Source of the DNA: Candidatus Parcubacteria bacterium
GTDB lineage: Bacteria; Patescibacteriota; Minisyncoccia; Minisyncoccales; JAGOPM01
Length of the DNA stretch: 40,161 bases
Reading direction: 5' to 3'
Assembly (NCBI GenBank): GCA_017991975.1
Contig: JAGOPM010000002.1
Location: 1-40,161, forward strand
The notes under the pieces were generated by a model. It saw nothing but the letters and a program-made list of their open reading frames with translations, searched no databases and was not told where the DNA came from. Below, piece by piece: positions 17,894 through 23,934 of the stretch (the first letter of the stretch is position 1; each line of letters begins with the position of its first letter). A program made the translations under genes and the position numbers.

Positions 17894-18332
17894 ATTTTTC
17901 CTCTATGAGTTTTTTCTCAACCTCTATGCGCTGGTGTTTTTTTTCAAGCCATTCGGGAATTTCTAATCTATTTTTTGATAAATAATCATAAATCGCTTCA
18001 TGCAAAGCTTCTATTCCTAAAACAGAACAATGAATTTTTTGAGGCGGTAAACCATCCAAAGAATCTATGATATCATCTTTGCTTACTTTTAAAGCTTCAT
18101 CAATGCTTTTTCCTATTACAAGTTCTGTCGCAGCGCTCGAGCTAGCAATAGCGGAAACACAACCAAAAGTCTTGAATTTCGCATCAGAGATGATTCCGTC
18201 TTTTACTTTGATATAAAGATGCATAATATCGCCACAGACAACATTGCCTACTTTTCCGATTCCATCGGCATCTTTTATCTCTCCGATATTCTTCGGATTC
18301 TTAAAATATTTTAGAACTTTTTCTGAGTACAT
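17862..18332 (-). CDS. nifU: Fe-S cluster assembly scaffold protein (NifU/IscU N-terminal type)
   Basis: 156 aa. NPKNIGEIKDADGIGKVGNVVCGD, FKTFGCVSAIASS, and PPQKIHCS supply the three conserved Cys. Confidence 0.9.
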   Translation of the reverse strand: MYSEKVLKYFKNPKNIGEIKDADGIGKVGNVVCGDIMHLYIKVKDGIISDAKFKTFGCVSAIASSSAATELVIGKSIDEALKVSKDDIIDSLDGLPPQKIHCSVLGIEALHEAIYDYLSKNRLEIPEWLEKKHQRIEVEKKLIEEKYAEYNKTQGK

Positions 18333-18341
18333 AAAATTAAA

Positions 18342-19523
18342 TTATTTAAGCGGGCTTATTTTTCTTAACTTTTCAACCGACTTTTTTAATTCCTCGACGA
18401 AATATTCCAACTGCTGTTTTGTTGTCCATCTTCCTATACTTATTCTTATCGATCCATGCATTTTTTCATAAGACAATCCGCAAGATTGCAAAACATGACT
18501 TGGCTCCAATTTAGGAGAAGAGCAAGCTGATCCTGTCGAAACCGCTATGCCTCTTTGATCAAGCTCCATCAAAAGCGATTCACCTTCAATTCCCAAAAAT
18601 CCCATATTAATATTGTTAGGCAAACGCTTTATCGAATCTCCATTCAAAAAAGATTTTGGAATTTCTTTGATAATTTTTTTAATCGTCCAATCACGCATTT
18701 TTGAAAGCTTAGCGCTCTCTTTTGCCATGTTTTTTATTCCTATTTCTGTTGCTTTGGCAAATCCTATTATCGCTGGCATATTAACAGTCGATGATCTCAT
18801 GCCTTTTTCCTGCCCACCTCCATGCAATAATGGCTCAATTTTAATACCTTGACGCAAATACAAAAATGCCGCGCCCTTGAATCCATAAATCTTATGAGCT
18901 GAAGCTGTCAGCATATCTATCCCCATTTTTCTGACATCTATAGGAATTTTAGTGAAACTTTGAGCGGCATCTGTATGAAACAATACTCCTTTACTATGAC
19001 AAATTTCTGAAATAGCTTTTAAATCCTGAACTGTTCCTATTTCATTATTCCCATGAATTATAGAAACTAAAACTGTGTCCGCAGTGATAGATTTTTTCAA
19101 TTGATCTAAATTAATAAACCCTTTGCTATCAGATTCTAAATATATGACGCCAATGCCTTTATTTTCCAAATATTTGGCAGTATTTAAAACACAATCATGT
19201 TCTATTGATGACACAATAATATGGATTTGTTTTTTTCCAGATTTAATAAAAGATTCAACTATCCCTTTTAATGCCCAGTTATTGCTTTCTGTCGCCGATC
19301 CCGTGAAATATATTTCCTGAGGAAGCGCATTTATAGCTTTAGATATTTCCAATCTTGCTTTTTCCAAAATATCAAAAGACTTTCTGCCTAAATAATGCAT
19401 TGAAGCTGGATTGCCAAAATATTCATTAAAATATGGCAACATTGTTTTAATTACTCTGGGGTCGACCGGAGTTGTTGCAGCATAATCTAAATATATTCTT
19501 TGTTTATTTTTTATTGTTTTCAT
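18342..19523 (-). CDS. nifS: cysteine desulfurase (NifS/IscS class I)
   Basis: 393 aa. YLDYAATTP, the SAHKIYGFKG PLP-lysine motif, and the SSGSACSS active-site Cys loop (STGSACSS). Confidence 0.92.
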   Translation of the reverse strand: MKTIKNKQRIYLDYAATTPVDPRVIKTMLPYFNEYFGNPASMHYLGRKSFDILEKARLEISKAINALPQEIYFTGSATESNNWALKGIVESFIKSGKKQIHIIVSSIEHDCVLNTAKYLENKGIGVIYLESDSKGFINLDQLKKSITADTVLVSIIHGNNEIGTVQDLKAISEICHSKGVLFHTDAAQSFTKIPIDVRKMGIDMLTASAHKIYGFKGAAFLYLRQGIKIEPLLHGGGQEKGMRSSTVNMPAIIGFAKATEIGIKNMAKESAKLSKMRDWTIKKIIKEIPKSFLNGDSIKRLPNNINMGFLGIEGESLLMELDQRGIAVSTGSACSSPKLEPSHVLQSCGLSYEKMHGSIRISIGRWTTKQQLEYFVEELKKSVEKLRKISPLK

Positions 19524-19534
19524 ATTTTACAAAA

Positions 19535-19912
19535 TCATTTCACTAATTGAGAAAGTTTTATTGATTTTAATTCCTTATATACAGCTTTCTGAATTCTTAA
19601 ACCAATATCATAAGTCTGACACTGACATCTCATAGCACAATTCTTAGAAATGCATTTCATAATATCTCCCTCTAAAGGAGCTATTATGTCTGATAAGGTA
19701 ATATTAGGCTTTGCTAAACAATAACCTCCATTAGGACCCTTTTTTGCCCTTAAAAGCCCTTTCTTTTCAAGTATTCCTATTATTTTCTCCAAATATGCGA
19801 AAGGTATTTTCTCGTTTTTAGAAATCTCTTTTAAGGCTGTAGGCTTATTGCCTTTTTTTGCCAGAAATATCATAGCCCTAATTCCGTATGTTGTTTTAGT
19901 TGAAAGTTTCAT
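19535..19912 (-). CDS. Rrf2-family transcriptional regulator (IscR/CymR-like)
   Basis: 125 aa. MKLSTKTTYGIRAMIFLA is the Rrf2 wHTH N-terminus. A C-terminal Cys cluster CISKNCAMRCQC is compatible with Fe-S ligation. Confidence 0.85.
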   Translation of the reverse strand: MKLSTKTTYGIRAMIFLAKKGNKPTALKEISKNEKIPFAYLEKIIGILEKKGLLRAKKGPNGGYCLAKPNITLSDIIAPLEGDIMKCISKNCAMRCQCQTYDIGLRIQKAVYKELKSIKLSQLVK

Positions 19913-19935
19913 TCTGTATATTCATCTTCTTTAAT

Positions 19936-19964
19936 ATAATATCAGACTATTTTAGTCTGATATT
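19936..19964. promoter_or_regulatory. perfect 13-3-13 palindrome, candidate Rrf2 operator
   Basis: taatatcagacta-ttt-tagtctgatatta. It starts at the edge of the -10 element of the Rrf2 gene promoter and covers the expected transcription start. Confidence 0.5.
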
Positions 19965-19992
19965 ATCATAGCCGATTCTTTATTTTTGTCAA
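19964..19992 (-). promoter_or_regulatory. promoter of the Rrf2-nifS-nifU-mnmA string (TTGACA-17-TATGAT)
   Basis: On the minus strand, TTGACA at 19992-19987, a 17-nt spacer, and TATGAT at 19969-19964. Confidence 0.55.
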
Positions 19993-19994
19993 AC

Positions 19995-20044
19995 AAAAAA
20001 AGCAGGAGAGAATTCTCTCCTGCTTTAGGATTTAGTGTTTATTA
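19995..20044 (-). terminator. intrinsic terminator block T-A, copy 1 of a 50-nt exact repeat (copy 2 at 24971-25020)
   Basis: Stem GCAGGAGAG-aatt-CTCTCCTGC (20002-20023), followed by T7 on the minus strand. The 50 nt are identical to 24971-25020 in my hand alignment. Confidence 0.8.
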
Positions 20045-20069
20045 ATATCTATAATAAACCCTATTGCTA

Positions 20070-20282
20070 TTACTTTTTGTCGTCTGCAGTAACGGTAAGT
20101 TCTCTGGGTAACATCTTTATTCTATCAAAAACAAAAGGTTCTTCAATTTCCCGGGGCAACATATGGGGCAACATATCTATCATCTCTATCATCCTCCTTA
20201 ATTTATTGGGTAACATCTTTATTCTATCAAAAACAAAAGGTTCTTCAATTTCCCGGGGCAACATATCTATCATCTCTATCAT
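20070..20282 (-). CDS. putative 70-aa micro-ORF built from a tandem duplication (coding status uncertain)
   Basis: AAGGAGG (20289-20283) followed by ATG at 20282 and ATG at 20273. Peptide MIEMIDMLPREIEEPFVFDRIKMLPNKLRRMIEMIDMLPHMLPREIEEPFVFDRIKMLPRELTVTADDKK. The track ORF start at 20354 lies in the conserved leader and is unlikely. Confidence 0.3.
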   Translation of the reverse strand: MIEMIDMLPREIEEPFVFDRIKMLPNKLRRMIEMIDMLPHMLPREIEEPFVFDRIKMLPRELTVTADDKK

Positions 20283-20296
20283 CCTCCTTAATTTAT
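20106..20296. repeat. tandem direct repeat, 101-nt unit + 89-nt unit, with an internal 12-nt micro-duplication
   Basis: gggtaacatctttattctatcaaaaacaaaaggttcttcaatttcccggggcaacatat...ctatcatctctatcatcctccttaatttat occurs at 20106-20206 and 20208-20296. The first unit carries an extra ggggcaacatat (20153-20164 repeated at 20165-20176). Each unit contains an AAGGAGG-ATG on the minus strand. Confidence 0.95.
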
Positions 20297-20374
20297 AACG
20301 TACTGCTATCTGTTTTGCCTTGTCCCAGCCGCTGATTGTGGGGTATTTGAACAAGTTTTGACAGATATTGTTAT
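20283..20374 (-). promoter_or_regulatory. conserved 5' leader of about 92 nt (leader A, copy 1), candidate cis-regulatory RNA
   Basis: Part of the 131-nt block 20279-20409, which matches 25908-26038 with 7 substitutions and no indels. Helices UAUCUGU/ACAGAUA (20367-20361 with 20313-20307) and CUUGU/ACAAG can be drawn. Confidence 0.45.
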
Positions 20375-20380
20375 ATATTA

Positions 20381-20409
20381 ATTATATCATACTATCTCTA
20401 TTTTGTCAA
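20381..20409 (-). promoter_or_regulatory. consensus promoter Pr-A (TTGACA-17-TGaTATAAT)
   Basis: On the minus strand, TTGACA at 20409-20404, a 17-nt spacer ending in TGA, and TATAAT at 20386-20381. Confidence 0.7.
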
Positions 20410-20436
20410 TACTACCCTTTTTCAAAATATATATAA

Positions 20437-20468
20437 TAAAAGCCCCTTTCTTTTGAAAGGGGCTTTTT
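20437..20468 (-). terminator. intrinsic terminator T-B (near-identical to T-C at 21888-21918)
   Basis: AGCCCCTTTC-tttt-GAAAGGGGCT, followed on the minus strand by TTTTATT. Confidence 0.8.
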
Positions 20469-20473
20469 GATGT

Positions 20474-20992
20474 TTATTTCCAAGAACTCTCTTTTAAGGA
20501 CGAATAGTTAGAAGATACTCCCAACTCGGTATGAAAAGTGTTAACAGAATCCATCCTTGCTGTATTGAATTGGACTTCACCATAATCAATAAAGACAATT
20601 TTGTCTTGCTTGGAGAATATCCTTGCCAACACTTCCAGTTCCTTTGTTTCTGAGATTATCTCCTCAGAGATAAAAGGAGTATGAAGCGTTGCAAAAAAAT
20701 TCTTCTTCTGACTGTTCTTCTTGGGAATAGTATAAATTATTTCCTGCCATTCCCGACCAGCTGTTTTAGATAGAATAGTTACTTGTTTAGATGAATAATA
20801 TGGTTCCAAAACAATTTTATATTCTATCTTTGCATCATTTTCTATCTTTTGAGTGAAAGGATTATAGTAAGATACCTTCAAAGCCATTACTATCAGCTCC
20901 ATTATACGCCAGCTCTCAGAGATTTCTGAAGGCAGTTCATTTAATGGAACTAATTCTTTATAATCTCCTTGGGCGTAAATGGAAACTGGCAT
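20474..20992 (-). CDS. hypothetical protein (ORFan, second gene of a 2-gene unit)
   Basis: 172 aa. RBS AAAGGAGAAAAAATG. 33 nt downstream of the 21026 stop. No family recognised. Confidence 0.55.
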   Translation of the reverse strand: MPVSIYAQGDYKELVPLNELPSEISESWRIMELIVMALKVSYYNPFTQKIENDAKIEYKIVLEPYYSSKQVTILSKTAGREWQEIIYTIPKKNSQKKNFFATLHTPFISEEIISETKELEVLARIFSKQDKIVFIDYGEVQFNTARMDSVNTFHTELGVSSNYSSLKESSWK

Positions 20993-21025
20993 TTTTTCTC
21001 CTTTCAGATCAGATTTCTCAGTTGA

Positions 21026-21682
21026 TCAATTTATGCCTTCTTCAAAAAGCCATTTTTTTCTCAATTCCTTGGCTCTTTTCAAGAAATTATTTATGTCTTG
21101 AACAGTGGGAATTGTTTCTGGAATTTCTTCTCTGTCTTTATTTCTAAGGCCGACCATTGCCACCGCCACTCCAGATTTCGTATCATTGAAGACTCTTACA
21201 ACAGAAACGATGAACGTGCCATTTTTGGTAACGTATACCGATTCGTTTGTTCCAGAGGAAATTTGACCATGATCATTTTCTCCAACTATGAAATTTTCCC
21301 CTACTTCTTCTTCTGTTTCTTCTTCACATTTCTTTATCATTTCTTCTGTTTTTTCTGTGGCTGTTACGAAGAAGAATTTCCCGAATTTTGGATCTTTTTT
21401 CAAAGATTGGAATTCTTCATCAGGGACTAATTCCACGGTAAGGTTTATCTCATCGTCTGGTCCGTTTATTTCATTTTTTGTAGTCACTGCATGAAAAATT
21501 TTGCCGTTCTTATCAACATATTCAAAATTTTCATATGCAAAACTCGCTTCTCCAAAAATCAATGCTCCGCGATAACCAGAATGGATTGGATTCCCGTTTT
21601 CATCTTTTCTCACTGAAATTCCTTTTTCTAAAAGTTCTTTTTCATCAAATTTTTCATTGATAATGAGCGCGGCCTTTGCCAT
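21026..21682 (-). CDS. hypothetical acidic protein (ORFan)
   Basis: 218 aa. RBS GAAAAGGAGAAAAAATG. Has its own promoter and a structured leader. No family recognised. Confidence 0.55.
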   Translation of the reverse strand: MAKAALIINEKFDEKELLEKGISVRKDENGNPIHSGYRGALIFGEASFAYENFEYVDKNGKIFHAVTTKNEINGPDDEINLTVELVPDEEFQSLKKDPKFGKFFFVTATEKTEEMIKKCEEETEEEVGENFIVGENDHGQISSGTNESVYVTKNGTFIVSVVRVFNDTKSGVAVAMVGLRNKDREEIPETIPTVQDINNFLKRAKELRKKWLFEEGIN

Positions 21683-21788
21683 TTTTTCTCCTTTTCTTCC
21701 ATGGTTCCTTTATTTTTAATAAAGGTAGGAAGCAATGCTAACTTTTTTCCCGCCAGGTTAGCCTGGACATAGGCATAGCATTATTTTA

Positions 21789-21817
21789 TATATATCATAC
21801 TATTTAATATTTGTCAA
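21789..21817 (-). promoter_or_regulatory. promoter Pr-B (TTGACA-17-TGaTATATA)
   Basis: On the minus strand, TTGACA at 21817-21812, a 17-nt spacer ending in TGA, and TATATA at 21794-21789. It shares ATAGTATGATATA with Pr-A and Pr-D. Confidence 0.65.
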
Positions 21818-21887
21818 TAGCACCTAATCTAAAATCAAAAAGGGATATATTAGTATCAAAATCATGATTTTTATTAAAAATAAACAA

Positions 21888-21918
21888 TAAAAGCCCCTTT
21901 CCTTTGAAAGGGGCTTTT
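21888..21918 (-). terminator. intrinsic terminator T-C
   Basis: AAGCCCCTTTC-cttt-GAAAGGGGCTT. Near-identical to T-B, including the upstream ataaaa context. Confidence 0.8.
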
Positions 21919-21931
21919 GCCAATGCCCTAA

Positions 21932-22546
21932 TTATGGGCAAATATAATATTGGAAGCTGATTACAAGATCTTCCATCCTCTTTTTTTCCCTAATCTTTTT
22001 CACTATCTCTGCTTTCTTTTCCTTTTCCATATCCAGATAATTGGAGTTTCCTGTCTTGATACGCATTTCCTGATAGTGTCTGCTTTCTTCTTCTAATTTC
22101 TCGATGTCTGAATTCAAGTGGCTGATTCTTTTGTTTAAAAAAGAAAAATGATCATCAGCAGTATCAAACATCATCTCGGCAATATTATCTATTATTCTAG
22201 AGCAATCATCTCTACTGCCATGGAACGATATCGGCTCATATCCGCATGCTTCCGATGAATTATCAAATTCAATGGTTGCTGAATCAAAGGATATTTTTGA
22301 GATGATTAGAACAATCTTCCCCTTCTTTCCTACGATAGGGATATTGTCTCCTTCCTTGCCTAAAAGCCATTGAATCTCTCTTTTAAAATCCGCCCCGGTG
22401 ATAACAGCTCTATTTTTCGAACTCCGAGCTTTAACTTCTATGACACTGCGATTCATTTCTTTTTCCAAAGGATTCCTATCAACGATTTCAAGGGAAAAAA
22501 CATTGTTCCCGATACGGACTTTCTTTTCTGTATTCTTTTCTGACAT
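21932..22546 (-). CDS. hypothetical protein with C-terminal coiled-coil-like region (ORFan)
   Basis: The track start is TTG at 22552. ATG at 22546 sits 8 nt after AAGGAAG. The region LNSDIEKLEEESRHYQEMRIK...EKEKKAEIVKKIREKKRMEDL is heptad-like. Confidence 0.55.
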   Translation of the reverse strand: MSEKNTEKKVRIGNNVFSLEIVDRNPLEKEMNRSVIEVKARSSKNRAVITGADFKREIQWLLGKEGDNIPIVGKKGKIVLIISKISFDSATIEFDNSSEACGYEPISFHGSRDDCSRIIDNIAEMMFDTADDHFSFLNKRISHLNSDIEKLEEESRHYQEMRIKTGNSNYLDMEKEKKAEIVKKIREKKRMEDLVISFQYYICP

Positions 22547-22629
22547 TATCAACTTCCTTTCTTTTCCCTGTTTTCATTTTTGGGTTTTTAGTTTCAAACC
22601 TAAAACAGGATCTTTTATGTGCTATATTA

Positions 22630-22658
22630 ATTATAGCATACTTATCTAAAAATGTCAA
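22630..22658 (-). promoter_or_regulatory. consensus promoter Pr-C (TTGACA-17-TGcTATAAT)
   Basis: On the minus strand, TTGACA at 22658-22653, a 17-nt spacer ending in TGC, and TATAAT at 22635-22630. AGTATGnTATAATTAATATA is shared with Pr-A and Pr-D. Confidence 0.7.
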
Positions 22659-22664
22659 TAGCTA

Positions 22665-22693
22665 TTGCCTACCAATAACTTTTAGCCTATATT
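22665..22693 (+). promoter_or_regulatory. candidate divergent promoter (TTGCCT-17-TATATT)
   Basis: ttgcct at 22665-22670, a 17-nt spacer, tatatt at 22688-22693. The RBS TAAGGAGG precedes the 22726 ATG. Confidence 0.45.
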
Positions 22694-22725
22694 AAAGCAA
22701 ACAAAAAACCTATAAGGAGGTTTAA

Positions 22726-23835
22726 ATGGAGATCATTAAAAAAAAGAGCAATAGACTGGAAACTATTTTAAAGCATACAAAATCTGGAGACCAAATTATC
22801 ATTGCTAATTTCAAGGAATATCGAGATGAAAATAGGCAAAAAATACAATGGTGGAAATTGGTGAAAAATGGAGCTTTTATTGTTGATGATCAAGGAGAGC
22901 TTTTTTACAACGATAATAAAATAGACTTCCCTAAAATCACTTATGAAGATAATATTTATGCTTTTGATAAATATTTTGTCTGTATCAGTAATCAAGACGG
23001 GATATCATTTATCAATATTCCCCAATCATCTAATAGCATTCAAAAACATATATCAATAACAAAAGATTATGATGATAATCCTATAATCGCAAAAACAGGA
23101 ATATATTTTAAAAAAGACGCTGATCTATATTTCTATTCTTTCAAGAAAAAAAGAAAAGAAATTATTTGGCAAGGGAAAACAAGAATTTGCAATATGTCTG
23201 TCTGCGATCAAGGAATAATTATTCCAGAAAAAGATGATATTATTCTAATCGAGAATTCTCGCAAAATTCTCATCCTATGGAATAAGCCTCATTCTTGCAT
23301 AGAAGAAAAATATTATACGACCAACATAACACCCAGTTACAATGATGAAAAATTATTTTTATTTGATAAAGATGGAAAAGGCATAATTCATAGCCAAAAT
23401 AGGATTGTTCAAGAAACTTCTTTTACGACAAAAAGTAATTTCTCTTTTTCTATGACACCAATAGGATTGCTTTACAATAATACAGATGATATTGAATCAA
23501 ATATCGAAATATTAACCTTAACTGGCAAAAAAATAAATCTTGGTTCTTACGAAAACCCTCATACAACAATATCAGAAAAAGGAGTCATTATATCAACTTT
23601 AAATAACTCTGGAAAAAAGCTCGGATCCCTGCATATTAATAGTCATAGAGCAGATGAATTTTTTATTCCTTTCAAAAAAATCAGAGAAGATAATTTTACT
23701 TTTTACAGAGATCGCATCAAAATTTACCTTCGTGCCGAAAACGCTTGGTTTAAATATGATCAAGATTATGATAATGAAATTGGTTATGCTCGACTAAACG
23801 AAGAAAAAAACGAAATAAGATTCTTCGTAAAATAA
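22726..23835 (+). CDS. hypothetical cytoplasmic protein (ORFan, beta-rich)
   Basis: 369 aa with a strong RBS and its own terminator. No family recognised. Confidence 0.55.
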   Translation: MEIIKKKSNRLETILKHTKSGDQIIIANFKEYRDENRQKIQWWKLVKNGAFIVDDQGELFYNDNKIDFPKITYEDNIYAFDKYFVCISNQDGISFINIPQSSNSIQKHISITKDYDDNPIIAKTGIYFKKDADLYFYSFKKKRKEIIWQGKTRICNMSVCDQGIIIPEKDDIILIENSRKILILWNKPHSCIEEKYYTTNITPSYNDEKLFLFDKDGKGIIHSQNRIVQETSFTTKSNFSFSMTPIGLLYNNTDDIESNIEILTLTGKKINLGSYENPHTTISEKGVIISTLNNSGKKLGSLHINSHRADEFFIPFKKIREDNFTFYRDRIKIYLRAENAWFKYDQDYDNEIGYARLNEEKNEIRFFVK

Positions 23836-23842
23836 TGCAATA

Positions 23843-23876
23843 AAAAAACCGCTTGAATTATAAAGCGGTTTTTTTG
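23843..23876 (+). terminator. intrinsic terminator
   Basis: ACCGCTT-gaattata-AAGCGGT followed by TTTTTTT. Confidence 0.7.
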
Positions 23877-23934
23877 TATGTAATTAATCCAGTTTACATA
23901 TTAAATTAAAATGTTATGATTTTGATATAACATT

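Noticed and set aside
20106-20296. Possible CRISPR array
   Set aside because: There are only two long (89-101 nt) directly abutting units with no spacers, no cas genes and no leader. It is a tandem duplication, not a CRISPR.
20035-20298. 87-aa plus-strand ORF over the tandem repeat
   Set aside because: It is antisense to the promoter, leader and RBS orientation of the unit. It has no RBS and gives a low-complexity Ile/Ser/Leu translation produced by the repeat.
20283-20374. Leader A as a guanidine-III (ykkC-III) riboswitch
   Set aside because: Copy 2 contains GGACAAGAC, which I recall from the guanidine-III consensus. However, I cannot find the flanking pseudoknot helices or the ACG-containing 5' strand, and the downstream genes are not guanidine transporters or carboxylases. 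The resemblance is probably fortuitous. An Infernal scan would settle it.
20410-23880. Prophage, IS or integrative element
   Set aside because: I see no integrase, transposase, terminal inverted repeats, att-like direct repeats at the island edges or phage structural genes. The only repeats are regulatory modules.
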